From Macrostomum hystrix (lineage: Eukaryota > Animalia > Platyhelminthes): a stretch of DNA of 64,000 nucleotides. Under the pieces are notes generated by a model. The model was given only the letters and a program-made list of their open reading frames with translations, was not told where the DNA came from and ran no database searches. Shown here piece by piece: positions 24,565 through 35,172 of the stretch. Position 1 is the stretch's first letter, and every line of letters begins with the position of its first letter. The DNA is taken from NCBI GenBank assembly GCA_950097015.1, contig CATNEN010000001.1, forward strand, positions 3,596,001 to 3,660,000, in the 5' to 3' direction. The position numbers and the translations under genes are program-made.

Positions 24565-27500
24565 TGTTGTGGGTTTCGTTACGATAATTCCGTAAATAGT
24601 TTTCTAGAACTTTCTACCACTTGTTATAACACTCTGTTGTTTCCAGAATCTTCTCTGCGCCTCCCCCAGCGGGCTATCTATGAGAACTTTCTAGAAAGTT
24701 CTCCCACTCGCTCCCCAGGCTATAAATAGAAACCCCCGCGCGGTGCACACACTCAAGACGCTTCCCAGTATTTAATAATACTGCTGTTACAAATATACGC
24801 TTATCCAGTCGACTGCCGAGTGCTCCTTTCGGCGCTATACTTACATTTACCAACACTACAATCGGAATCTCTGTATTCGTTACTTCAAGAATACAACAGG
24901 GATTTTCTGGCGTCGCAAGCAGGATCTTGATCAACTTCGAGGACGTCTAATCTACAACGACTGTCACTATTGACCGAAGGATCAAGCTACTACAATCATG
25001 CCCGAAACGATGCAAGACGAGGACATAATCAGCCTCCTACGGCAGCAGATGGAAGAAGAGCGCCAACAGCGGAACGCTGACCGGCAGATGATGCTCGACC
25101 TCATTCGGTCTCTAAAGCCTGCAGCGGACCAGTCCCAGGCTGCAGCTTTGCCGACGCATGTGACGACGTCGACTCCGAGTTTCTCGCCATTCGACGCCAC
25201 GTCCGAGCTCTGGCCCGACTACTTGGCCAGATTCTGCACCTTCACGGGCGCGAACTCCATACCCGACGACAAGAAGGCTCAGGTGTTCCTGACGAACCAG
25301 TCTCCGTCTGTCTACAAGCTTCTCTCAAACTTGGCAGCGCAGCAGACGCCGCGGAAGGAGATCAACACGCTCACTATGGACGAGATTGAGAAGTTCATGG
25401 AAGAACAGTATGACACCAAGCGCTTCATCGTGCGGGAGCGTTTCCGGTTCTGGAGCGACATGCGGCGGAAACCGGGTGAGACGATCCAGGAAATGGCTGC
25501 GAGAATCCGCCAGGATGCAACCACCTGCGATTTCTCTTCCATCAAAGATCCACTGGACGAGGCGCTGCGCACGCGTTTCATCTGCTCAGTGAGGAACGAA
25601 GCAGTACTCAAAGCTTTGTTCAAATTAAAGGTGGAAGAGCTCACGTTCGCCCGGGCTGTCGAGATCGCCATCGAGACAGAGGAAGCCGCCCGAGTCGCCA
25701 AGGAGACGGTTTACGGCGACAAATCCAGCCCCGTAAACAAGGTTAAGCAGAAGGTTCGGCGACCCGGAGCCACTTCGGCGAAATTTACGACAGATTCTAC
25801 TGCTTCCAGGTCTACTACTGACTCTGCGTCTGGTTCGTGCTACCGCTGCGGAGCGAAGAACCATCGGGCAAACGATTGCCGATTCAAAGACGCGACCTGC
25901 CGGCACTGCAAAAAGGTGGGTCACCTAGAATCTGTCTGCCGTTCCAAGGCCAAAGGATCTGCCCCTGCGGCGAACTTCAAGAAGCCAGTGAAACAGGTCG
26001 AGGAGCATGTGCTTGTACATGCTGTAGCCCGAACCGAGGACGACCTGCCTAAGCTGGAAGTGTCGATCCACATCCAAGGCAAGGCTCTCGCCATCGAGGT
26101 CGACACTGCGACAAACGGCAACTTCATCACAGAGTCATTCTGGAAGAAGCTGGGGACGCCGCCGCTCGAAGTAGCGATGTCACGCTACGAGTCCGCCAGC
26201 CGACACGACTTACCTGTACTAGGTACCTTCGTCGGGAAAACGACATTGCCTGGCTCAGCTCATGAGCACGACATCCAGTACATCGTCACACAGGTGCCCG
26301 GCTTGAATCTACTCGGCCGGACCGCCACGAAGCTGTTGGGAATCTCCGTCGACAAACTGCTCGGCGCTGCCAGCGCCATTCAAGAAGTCAACGCAGTGTT
26401 TGACCACCTGTCGCCGGACGAGGCTCTTCAAAAGGCCTGCCGAAATCTTTGCGACGAATTCCCGGACCTGTGGAAGGACGAGCTGGGCTGCCTCAAGGAC
26501 TTCAAGCTCGAGTTGCAGTTTAACCCGGATGCAAAGCCGGTGTTCCGGAAGGCTAGGCCTGTCCCCTTCGCCATCCGCGAGGAGCTCGAGCGCGCCTACG
26601 ACGAGGGCATCAGGAGAGGCATCTGGGAGCCTACTGACTTCAATGACTACGGGACGCCCGTGGTCCCCGTGCGAAAGCCCTCGACCGGCTCAGAACAGCC
26701 GAAACTGCGAGTCTGCGGAGACTACTCGTGCACTATCAACCCGCAGCTGGAAGACAACCGTCACCCGCTGCCCCTCCCAGAGGAACTGCTACAGAAGCTG
26801 GGAGGCAGCTACTGCTTCTCAAAGGTAGATCTGGCCGACGCCTACAACCAGATCGAGTTGGGACCGATGAGTCAGAGGCGCCTGGCACTGAGCACCCACC
26901 GGGGTGTGCTTCTTCAGAAGCGGCTCGCTTTCGGCCCGAAGTCTGCAGTGGGTGAGTTCCAGTTCATCATGGAAATGGTAGCCGGTGATCTGCCCGGAGT
27001 CGTTTTCTACTTGGACGACTACCTGGTCGGCGGCGCGACCGCTGATGAGCATCTCGCAAACCTACGCCGGCTTTTCCAACGCCTTTCTGACAAGGGACTT
27101 CGCTGCCGACGGGAGAAGTGCAAATTCGCCATGCCCAGCATCGAGTACCTTGGCTATGTACTGTCAAAAGAAGGCATCGCCAAGGGAACCAAGGTGGACG
27201 CTGTCCGCGAAATGCCTCCACCAAAGGACGTGTCCAGCCTCCGGTCATTCCTCGGCTCGGTCCAGTTCTACGCGAAGTTTCTGCCGCCAAGCATGGCCAC
27301 GATCTCCGAGCCGCTGTACCGGCTCACCAGGAGGGACACACCGTGGACCTGGAAAGACGCAGAGCAGCGGGCCTTCGACCAGATCAAGGAGGAGCTCTCG
27401 TCGGACAACGTGCTGGTCCACTACAATGCCGACCTCCCTCTCGGGCTCTCCTGCGACGCATCCAACGTCGGGATCGGCGCCGTCCTGTTCCACCGCTACC

Positions 27501-29632
27501 CGGATGGTAGCGAGCGGCCGATCGCCAACGCTTCAAAGTCTCTGACGGATGCTCAGCGCCGCTATCCTCAGATTCAGAAGGAAGCCCTTTCAATCATCTT
27601 CGGCCTAAAGAAGTTTTTCCAATACTTGTTCAACCGCAAGTTCATCCTGGTCACGGACCATAAGCCGTTGATTTCGCTATTTGGGCCCGAAAAGGAGACA
27701 CCGGTGATGGCAGCAAACCGACTGGCTCGTTGGGCGAACCTGCTCCACAATTTCACCTACGAAATCGAGTACCGCCAGACGAAGAGTCACGGAAATGCGG
27801 ACGCCTTAAGTCGCCTGCCAGTCGGAGACGACCCAGACTTCGACGGGGAGGAGAGCACAGCCGACTTCGACATGGTCTGTGCGATCAAGGTCCTGAGCCT
27901 GCAGATCCGACCGGCTGACGCCTCAGCCGTAGCCAAGGAATCATCGAGGGACCCAGTCATCTCCACCGCCATGCGCTACTGTCGAGAAGGTTGGCCGCCA
28001 ATCGGGCGAGACGAGGACGCTGAGCTGGCCCGCCTGCGGAAAGTCAAAGATTCGCTGTCCTGCTGCAACGGATGTCTTCTGCAGGGCTGTCGTCTTGTGA
28101 TTCCTCAAAACCTTCGGAAGGAGGTGCTGAAAATCCTCCACCTCGGACACTTTGGAATGCAGAGGATGAAGCAGCTGGCTCGATCGGCAGTCTACTGGCC
28201 GAACATCGACGACGACGTCGAGCACCTGTGCCGCGGCTGCCATAGCTGCGCTGAGCACCAAAATCATCCGCCAAAGGCCGCCGTTCATCCGTGGATGATG
28301 CCTGAGAAGCCTTGGAGTCGCCTACATCTGGATCACGCAGTCAACTTCCTCGGCACCAACTGGCTAGTGCTCACGGACGCCTACTCGAAGTACCCGTGCA
28401 TACACCCGACGCAATCCATGTCAACGCGGGCAACGATCGAGCTTCTGGAAGAAGACTTTGCCCACTTCGGCTACCCTCACGCCATCGTCACTGACAATGC
28501 AGCGGCATTCATGGCTGAGGAGTTTCAAGCTTGGTGTCGCGAACACGGCATCGCGCACCTCACAGGAGCTCCGTATCATCCTGCAACAAACGGAGCGGCC
28601 GAACGACTGGTTCAGACCTTCAAGAAGGCCCTGAAGAAATCCAGCCTGCCACCTGCCAGGGCGCTACAGCAGTTCCTGATGCAGTACCGACGGACTCCTG
28701 CGGTCAACGGCTACTCTCCGAGCGAACTCCTAAATGGCCGGCAGATCAGGACGCAGATTGATACTCTGCTGCCATCTCCAGCCCATCTCGCCCAGGATCG
28801 CCAAGTCAAGCAGGCCGAAGAGTCCAGAGCTCGGAAAAAGGTGTCTCGCGTCCGAGAAGGCTACAACGTCGGAGATCCGGTCTACGCTCGCTACTACGGA
28901 CCACGCCGCGAGAAGGAAGGCCGCTGGGTTCCGGCAGTGGTCACCAAGCGGCACGGCAGCCGCAGCGTCAACGTCAAGGTTGTCCCAAGCGGCCCGGTGT
29001 GGCGACGGCACTTCGACCAGCTTCAACCGCGACACGTGTCCGCGGAAGACAGCGAGCCAGGATCACTGCCGACTCAACAAAACGAAACGGCCGGCCACCT
29101 GATGCTGCCGGCCACACCAGCGGTGGCACATCCAGGATCTCGACCCAGGCCTCCAGGATGGCGAGCGCCGGACCAAGTCCAACACCCGCCGCCCTACGGA
29201 CCAGATAATCCACGACGGTCGGCTAGGCAGCGAAAGCCACGGCTACAAATGGACTTATAGACTTTCTATCAGCTGTACTCACAGTTTTGGTGGGGAGGTG
29301 TTGTGGGTTTCGTTACGATAATTCCGTAAATAGTTTTCTAGAACTTTCTACCACTTGTTATAACACTCTGTTGTTTCCAGAATCTTCTCTGCGCCTCCCC
29401 CAGCGGGCTATCTATGAGAACTTTCTAGAAAGTTCTCCCACTCGCTCCCCAGGCTATAAATAGAAACCCCCGCGCGGTGCACACACTCAAGACGCTTCCC
29501 AGTATTTAATAATACTGCTGTTACAAATATACGCTTATCCAGTCGACTGCCGAGTGCTCCTTTCGGCGCTATACTTACATTTACCAACACTACAATCGGA
29601 ATCTCTGTATTCGTTACTTCAAGAATACAACA
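24565..29632 (+). mobile_element. full-length Ty3/gypsy LTR retrotransposon (Mag/K02A2.6-like)
   Basis: 334-bp LTRs TGTTG...CAACA at 24565-24898 and 29299-29632 with no difference seen. 5-bp TSD acaat. PBS TGGCGTCGCAAGCAGGAT at 24908 (tRNA-Ser-like). PPT ggtggggagg at 29289. Confidence 0.97.
24998..29260 (+). CDS. Gag-Pol polyprotein, 1420 aa, uninterrupted
   Basis: Two CCHC knuckles (CYRCGAKNHRANDC, CRHCKKVGHLESVC), protease VDTAT, RT YLDD, RNase H CDAS/TDHKPL, integrase HLGH...CHSC and D,D(35)E, in gypsy order. Confidence 0.97.
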   Translation: MPETMQDEDIISLLRQQMEEERQQRNADRQMMLDLIRSLKPAADQSQAAALPTHVTTSTPSFSPFDATSELWPDYLARFCTFTGANSIPDDKKAQVFLTNQSPSVYKLLSNLAAQQTPRKEINTLTMDEIEKFMEEQYDTKRFIVRERFRFWSDMRRKPGETIQEMAARIRQDATTCDFSSIKDPLDEALRTRFICSVRNEAVLKALFKLKVEELTFARAVEIAIETEEAARVAKETVYGDKSSPVNKVKQKVRRPGATSAKFTTDSTASRSTTDSASGSCYRCGAKNHRANDCRFKDATCRHCKKVGHLESVCRSKAKGSAPAANFKKPVKQVEEHVLVHAVARTEDDLPKLEVSIHIQGKALAIEVDTATNGNFITESFWKKLGTPPLEVAMSRYESASRHDLPVLGTFVGKTTLPGSAHEHDIQYIVTQVPGLNLLGRTATKLLGISVDKLLGAASAIQEVNAVFDHLSPDEALQKACRNLCDEFPDLWKDELGCLKDFKLELQFNPDAKPVFRKARPVPFAIREELERAYDEGIRRGIWEPTDFNDYGTPVVPVRKPSTGSEQPKLRVCGDYSCTINPQLEDNRHPLPLPEELLQKLGGSYCFSKVDLADAYNQIELGPMSQRRLALSTHRGVLLQKRLAFGPKSAVGEFQFIMEMVAGDLPGVVFYLDDYLVGGATADEHLANLRRLFQRLSDKGLRCRREKCKFAMPSIEYLGYVLSKEGIAKGTKVDAVREMPPPKDVSSLRSFLGSVQFYAKFLPPSMATISEPLYRLTRRDTPWTWKDAEQRAFDQIKEELSSDNVLVHYNADLPLGLSCDASNVGIGAVLFHRYPDGSERPIANASKSLTDAQRRYPQIQKEALSIIFGLKKFFQYLFNRKFILVTDHKPLISLFGPEKETPVMAANRLARWANLLHNFTYEIEYRQTKSHGNADALSRLPVGDDPDFDGEESTADFDMVCAIKVLSLQIRPADASAVAKESSRDPVISTAMRYCREGWPPIGRDEDAELARLRKVKDSLSCCNGCLLQGCRLVIPQNLRKEVLKILHLGHFGMQRMKQLARSAVYWPNIDDDVEHLCRGCHSCAEHQNHPPKAAVHPWMMPEKPWSRLHLDHAVNFLGTNWLVLTDAYSKYPCIHPTQSMSTRATIELLEEDFAHFGYPHAIVTDNAAAFMAEEFQAWCREHGIAHLTGAPYHPATNGAAERLVQTFKKALKKSSLPPARALQQFLMQYRRTPAVNGYSPSELLNGRQIRTQIDTLLPSPAHLAQDRQVKQAEESRARKKVSRVREGYNVGDPVYARYYGPRREKEGRWVPAVVTKRHGSRSVNVKVVPSGPVWRRHFDQLQPRHVSAEDSEPGSLPTQQNETAGHLMLPATPAVAHPGSRPRPPGWRAPDQVQHPPPYGPDNPRRSARQRKPRLQMDL

Positions 29633-29700
29633 ACAATTATACTCTGACGGGACACACGTATCATATCTATCACCCAACGCTGCTGCCTTCAGCTGTTGAT

Positions 29701-29825
29701 GATGCGCCGTCTTCGGCGCTGACGTCGGGGTCCTGAGTCTCAGATGCGCCGTCTTCGGCGGTGACGTCGGGGCCCTTGGTCTCAGATGCGCCGTCTTCGG
29801 CGGTGACGTCGGGCCCTGAGTCTCT
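29701..29825. repeat. 42-bp tandem repeat x3 (also at ~57020-57144)
   Basis: gatgcgccgtcttcggcg(c/g)tgacgtcggg units start at 29701, 29743 and 29785. Confidence 0.85.
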
Positions 29826-30239
29826 GACCCTGCAGTGAAAGGCCATGCAAGCGCCATAACTGGCGTAGGTGGCAGCTCATCACACTCCATTATTGCCCGC
29901 CTCCGACGCAAACTTGCGGATGTACCGAACGTAGGTGACGTTGCTCGATCAGGGGTTCGCAGTCGGTGCAATTCGGCACGCATTACCCGATTTTCCTCTT
30001 ATAGTGCCGCACAGACGGTGCACGATATTGCGTGGGACCAGTGGTCCATTTGTGGATCAGTGGATCACTGAAGCGAGGGTCACAAAAGTGTTTCAGAGAG
30101 GGAATGACCATACATGCTTTAACGGTACAGGCAGCTACGTGAAGTGGCTATTGAAGTTCTGAACTACTGAACAATATGCTAACAATCACATTGTATGTGA
30201 TTTTCCGGCCATTTATTTCTAGGCGCTCATTCGGCGCTT

Positions 30240-30577
30240 CACAAGACACGGTCACAAAGCACGGTCACATACGTGACCATAAGGGCACGGTCACAAGACA
30301 CGGTCACAAAGCAAGGTCACATACGTGACCATAAGGGCACGGTCACAAGACACGGTCACAAAGCAAGGTCACATACGTGACCATAAGGGCACGGTCACAA
30401 GACACGGTCACAAAGCAAGGTCACATACGTGACCATGGGGGCACGGTCACAAAGCACGGTCACATACGTGACCATAGGGAAACGTTCACAAAACGGTTAC
30501 AAAATAGTCACCGTTACCATTTCAGGGTAACGGCACGGTCACAACCAAAAAGTGTGACCATAAATTTTCTATACGGG
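30240..30577. repeat. ~51-bp cacggtcaca tandem array ending in ttttctatacggg; possible DNA-transposon end (also ~57560-57950)
   Basis: Repeated cacggtcacaagacacggtcacaaagcaaggtcacatacgtgaccataaggg. The partner terminus was not found. Confidence 0.7.
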
Positions 30578-33500
30578 TTGTATTAAACTTAACTTGATAT
30601 TATATATCAGACTGATCGACTATTACGTCAGTCTTCTAGTAAGTCTTAACACCACATAACCGCCAGTCATTTCATATAATTTAAATGATAAAATAACCCA
30701 AGATAAGAAGTTGTGTATTGTGAAAACTATAAAAACTAATATTGAACAATCTTTTTTATTTCTTTTTTATATTTTTATATTGTTTTTAAATATATTCAGA
30801 AACGCCTGAATTTAACGCCTATTCATCGGACCCGCGCTGGTTAACTAAAAAACTAAAAAGTACAAAGCAGCAATTTTAAATATTTTTACCGAAATGTAAA
30901 ATTGATGCTCATTAGCAAAATAATCGGTCATTTTCCTTTCATATGGCTTGTTGGCCATGTTTAGAGAAGAAGCTGAGAGGCCCCCCGTATAACATTTAGA
31001 CGTTACCCCAAGGTCCCAAATACGTCCCCAAATGTATTGTTGTACCTGTGGTAGCGTGGCACACACAATTGGTAAAATGACCAAGACAGGAACTAGATTC
31101 TGAGAGGATCTTTACCGGCCTCAACGCTGGTGCTTTCTAGCAGAGGAACAATCCGGTAGTCAGGCTCAGAATGTCAAGTTCTCTAGTGCTTTCCTCTAAT
31201 TGGACTACGTCCTAACTGTTCTCGCGGATCTTATGCTTGATCGGGAGGCACACCAAGCTTCAAAATGCAGTATGCGGCCTAGATCAACAATAGTTTTATA
31301 AGATCTTAGAGGCAAGGTAATTCAATGCAAACACAAACGGTGAGCACAAACGCATGAAGAAATTTCATTGTTGTTGTTATCAAGTTTGGGGTAAAACACA
31401 GGGTTTTTACATCCTGCTCCCCGCGCATCAGCCGAAGCTCTTACGCTACATAAAAGAATGATATATTTGGTAATTATTGTTTAAAACATATTACTTGTTT
31501 GTAAATTATTTAAAAGTAGCGAGTTTAGATTTTAGAGATTGGAAAGTAATTGGTTATTTTGGTCATTCACGTGAGCAAAGTAGGTACATGCATGATGAGC
31601 AAATTAAAACAAAGGTGCATCTCTATAGTAAAACAAATAGGCCATGTGCAGTGTGCGAGGGAGAAAAAGGTGAGGGAAAACACCCCAGTGCGCGGGTTAT
31701 CACAAAGTTAACCTTTAATTTGATTGGTAACTTTTTATAGATTTGATGATAGTTGATATTTTAATTTGATAGTTTGATTTTTTGGATAGTACGAAGGTCT
31801 GGGGTGTGAAAAACCCACACCAAAAACCCCCGCCTGCACAGGACCTTTAAAATTATTTAATGTTAGTTATTTATTTATTGTCATCTTGTGTTATACTACT
31901 GTGAGTAGACTCCACTAAAAGTAGGTTTCCCCCATTTGATGGTGAGTTTTTTGTGAGTATAAATACCAAGGTGTTTTAGTACAAGGTGTTTTAGTACTAG
32001 CATAACTAATTGGCATCTATGACCAATGAGACGAAGTTAAGCCGATATACATTAATTTGTATTCACTGGCCCAGTGTTTGTGGTTCACTGGTAACCTGTG
32101 GTAGATTATTCTAACTGCAGGGAACGTCCCACGTCTCGGTTTGATGATGACAGTCAAGATTACCATGACATACTTGTGTGGTAGATTTGTCTAGAACTGG
32201 GACACAGCTTTTTGTTCTATTACTTTTGGTTTCATTGTCAACCCCGTCAATATTAATTACTAGTTGCATGTGATTAGTTAGGCAAAGTGAGCAAAGTAAG
32301 CAAAGTAAGCAAAGTAAGTGAAGTACGTAATGCATTTTACATTAGTTCATTACATTGGACTTTAGTTAATTTTTCGCGAACCATCTGGGCTTTTAAGAGT
32401 TTCCTCTCTGTTTTTCTAGTTCACCACTGATTAACTTTAGTTGTTGGAACAGAGGTACTCTGGTCCTTTTTGCTAGGTAGATGTCTGGTACGCTATCAAG
32501 TCCATGAATTTTGTTAGCGCTAGCTCGCAGGAACCACCTACTGGCTAGGTCATTAATTCTGGTCCTAATTGGTTCAACTTTAGAGAGCTTTCTTAGTAGA
32601 GCATTTTTGCAATATTTGGGTGCATCGTGGCAGAGACGCAGTGCGCGATTCTGGATGATTTGCAGTCTACCCACGTAGTGCTTGCTAAGCAGGGTGAGGA
32701 TGGGTGAGGCATAGGTGATGATGCTTTCGATGTAGGCTCTGTAGATGGCGATGAGAGAGCTGGTGGTGGCCTTGGTGAGCTGAGCCGTTGAAGGTGATGG
32801 GAGGGGGCTGACCGAAGTTTTTGGTTTTGTGGATGAAAGCGATGGCCTTACTTTTGCTTGGGTTGACCTTGATACCATATTTGCTCAGCCATTTTTGGTA
32901 GTCTTCTATAAAGTCCTGAATGAGTTTGCCAGCTACACTGGCTTTTAGTGATTGGCACCAAATCGAGGTGTCATCTGCAAATTGGCTGGCTCTGACCCTG
33001 ATGTCTTTGGGTTTGGGCATTGTGGCAACCACAATGAGGAAGAGGATTGGGCTGAGCACTCCCCCCTGGGGAACACCAGCCTCAGGTGTGAAGTAGTCAC
33101 TGAGTTGACCGTTTACTCTAACAGCAATCTCACGGTCTGACATGTAGTTTGAAAAGATCCTGGTTAATCTGATGGGCAGTTTGATTTTGTGGAGCCTATA
33201 TTGCAGTGCGTCATGCCAGATTTTGTCGAAGGCCCCTTCCACGTCAAAGAACACTCCGATGGTTGATCTTTTCTTGGTTTTTCCCTCCATTATGTCATGT
33301 ACTAGTCTGGCTAAGTTGTCATACGAGCAGTGCTTCTCTCTTTATGCACATTGGTTATGACCAAGTGTGTTATTTTCCTCTATGAATTTGTACAGTCTCT
33401 TTTTTAGTATTTTCTCAAACACTTTTCCTATACAGGAGGTGAGGCTGATGGGTCTGTAGCTGAGCGGGTCTTTTCTAGGTTTATCTGGTTTGTGGAGCAT

Positions 33501-35172
33501 TGTGGTATGGGCTTTTTTCCAGGCTTTTGGGAAATAGCCTAGTTTGAGACAGTTGTCCATAATTTTGGTGAGTACTATGATTGATGACGGACTAAGGCCC
33601 TTTTTGAGGATGATGTTGGGGATGTCATCAGGGCCTGGGGCTCCTCCCGACCTAAGGTGGGCAAGTTCCCAGGTGACGTCTGCTATTCGAATTGGTTCAG
33701 TGAGGTAGGTGTTGGTTTCCTCTGATTGGAGTTGGTTTGGGTCTGGGTTCTCTAGTGGTTGGAAGATGGTGCTATTGCTGGTGATGGAGGCCACTTTGTT
33801 GGTGAATCTTCTAGAGGTACTTATTTCTGGCCTCATTTTGTCACTAAGTGACTAATGACTAGTGACTAAGTGGCTAATAGGTTAGCTCTATCATAATCCG
33901 TGATGGCAGTAGTGTTATTATAAACTAGATTTGGAAATTTAGTTGGTTGCCTATTGGTGCCCATTATAATTCGGATGTCCCTCCAAAATTTATTGTTGTT
34001 GAATTTGAGACTGGATTGTGTAATTTTGGTGCAGAGGCTGTTGAATTTTTTGACTCTGAAGTGTTGAATTTCCTTCCTTATCTGAGATGCGAGCTCGTTG
34101 GCTGAGACTCGGAATTCGTCTATCCTCGTTTGGTGATATATTTTCCTTAGTCTTCGTTTATTCCTAATGAGTTGAAGGATGTTCTGTGGTAGTTCTTCCC
34201 TGGTGTTGTAGTTAGGCACTACCTTGTCGATGGTGAGTTTGAGGACGTCTGTGAAGGTGTCGATGGCATCGTCGATCTCGCTTGTAGTTCTCGCGTTGAA
34301 GTCGTTGTTCCACAATGTTGTGATGTTGTCTTCTAGTTCTATGTGAAAATTTTCCCAGTCTGTTTTATTGTAGCATTTAGGTGTACCTAGTGGTTTTTTG
34401 TCCTTTGGTTTGATTGCTATTTTGACGAGTTGAGGGAGGTGGTCACTGTTGAGGTCGTCTATTACTTCAAAGTGACTGATGTATGGTGCGAGGTCTGTTG
34501 TGCAGATACCTAGGTCGAGCACATTACCCAGATGTTTTTCAGCTCTTTTAGCGTAACGTGTGTATTGTCCTGGTTCATTGAGAAGAACGGGAGGTGAATC
34601 AGAGTCAATGAGCCACTGATAAAGTTGCTTTCCGGGATAGTTTTTTTGGGCTATCGCCCTGGAGTGCAGCCATTCTACAGTTGTAGTCACCGAGTATCAA
34701 GCTGTGGGTTGATGAGAGGAGTGAATCAAGAATGCTGGTGTTGAGAGTATCCGGAAGTGGTGCCCTATAGAAGAGTGAGATGGTGAGATGTTGCAGTCCG
34801 TTGCCGTTGCCCTTGGTGTCGATGGTGATAGAGATGTATTCATGGTTGGTGCCGTCATAGTGTGCACTGGCAGTGCAGATTTTGATGAATTCGCGGTGAG
34901 CAATGAGTAGACCACGTCTACAGTGAGGAGTGTCGAGTCTGATGGTTGAGTAGCCGGGAAAATTGACGTTGTCAGGTTCCTTGAGAGTTGTCTCAGATAG
35001 TAGTGCTATATCAATGTTATGATTTCTCATGTAGTCTCTAAGTTCCCAGATTTTATTCCAGATGCTATTGCAGTTTAAATGTAAGATGGTTAGTTCTTCA
35101 TTATTAAATTTAGTGCTACTGCCTTTCACGGTTAGTTTTTGCTTTTTGAGAAACACTGCTCGTGTCAGTATT

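Noticed and set aside
25312-29213. Many antisense and alternate-frame ORFs within the retroelement pol genes
   Set aside because: Expected shadow ORFs of GC3-rich coding sequence.
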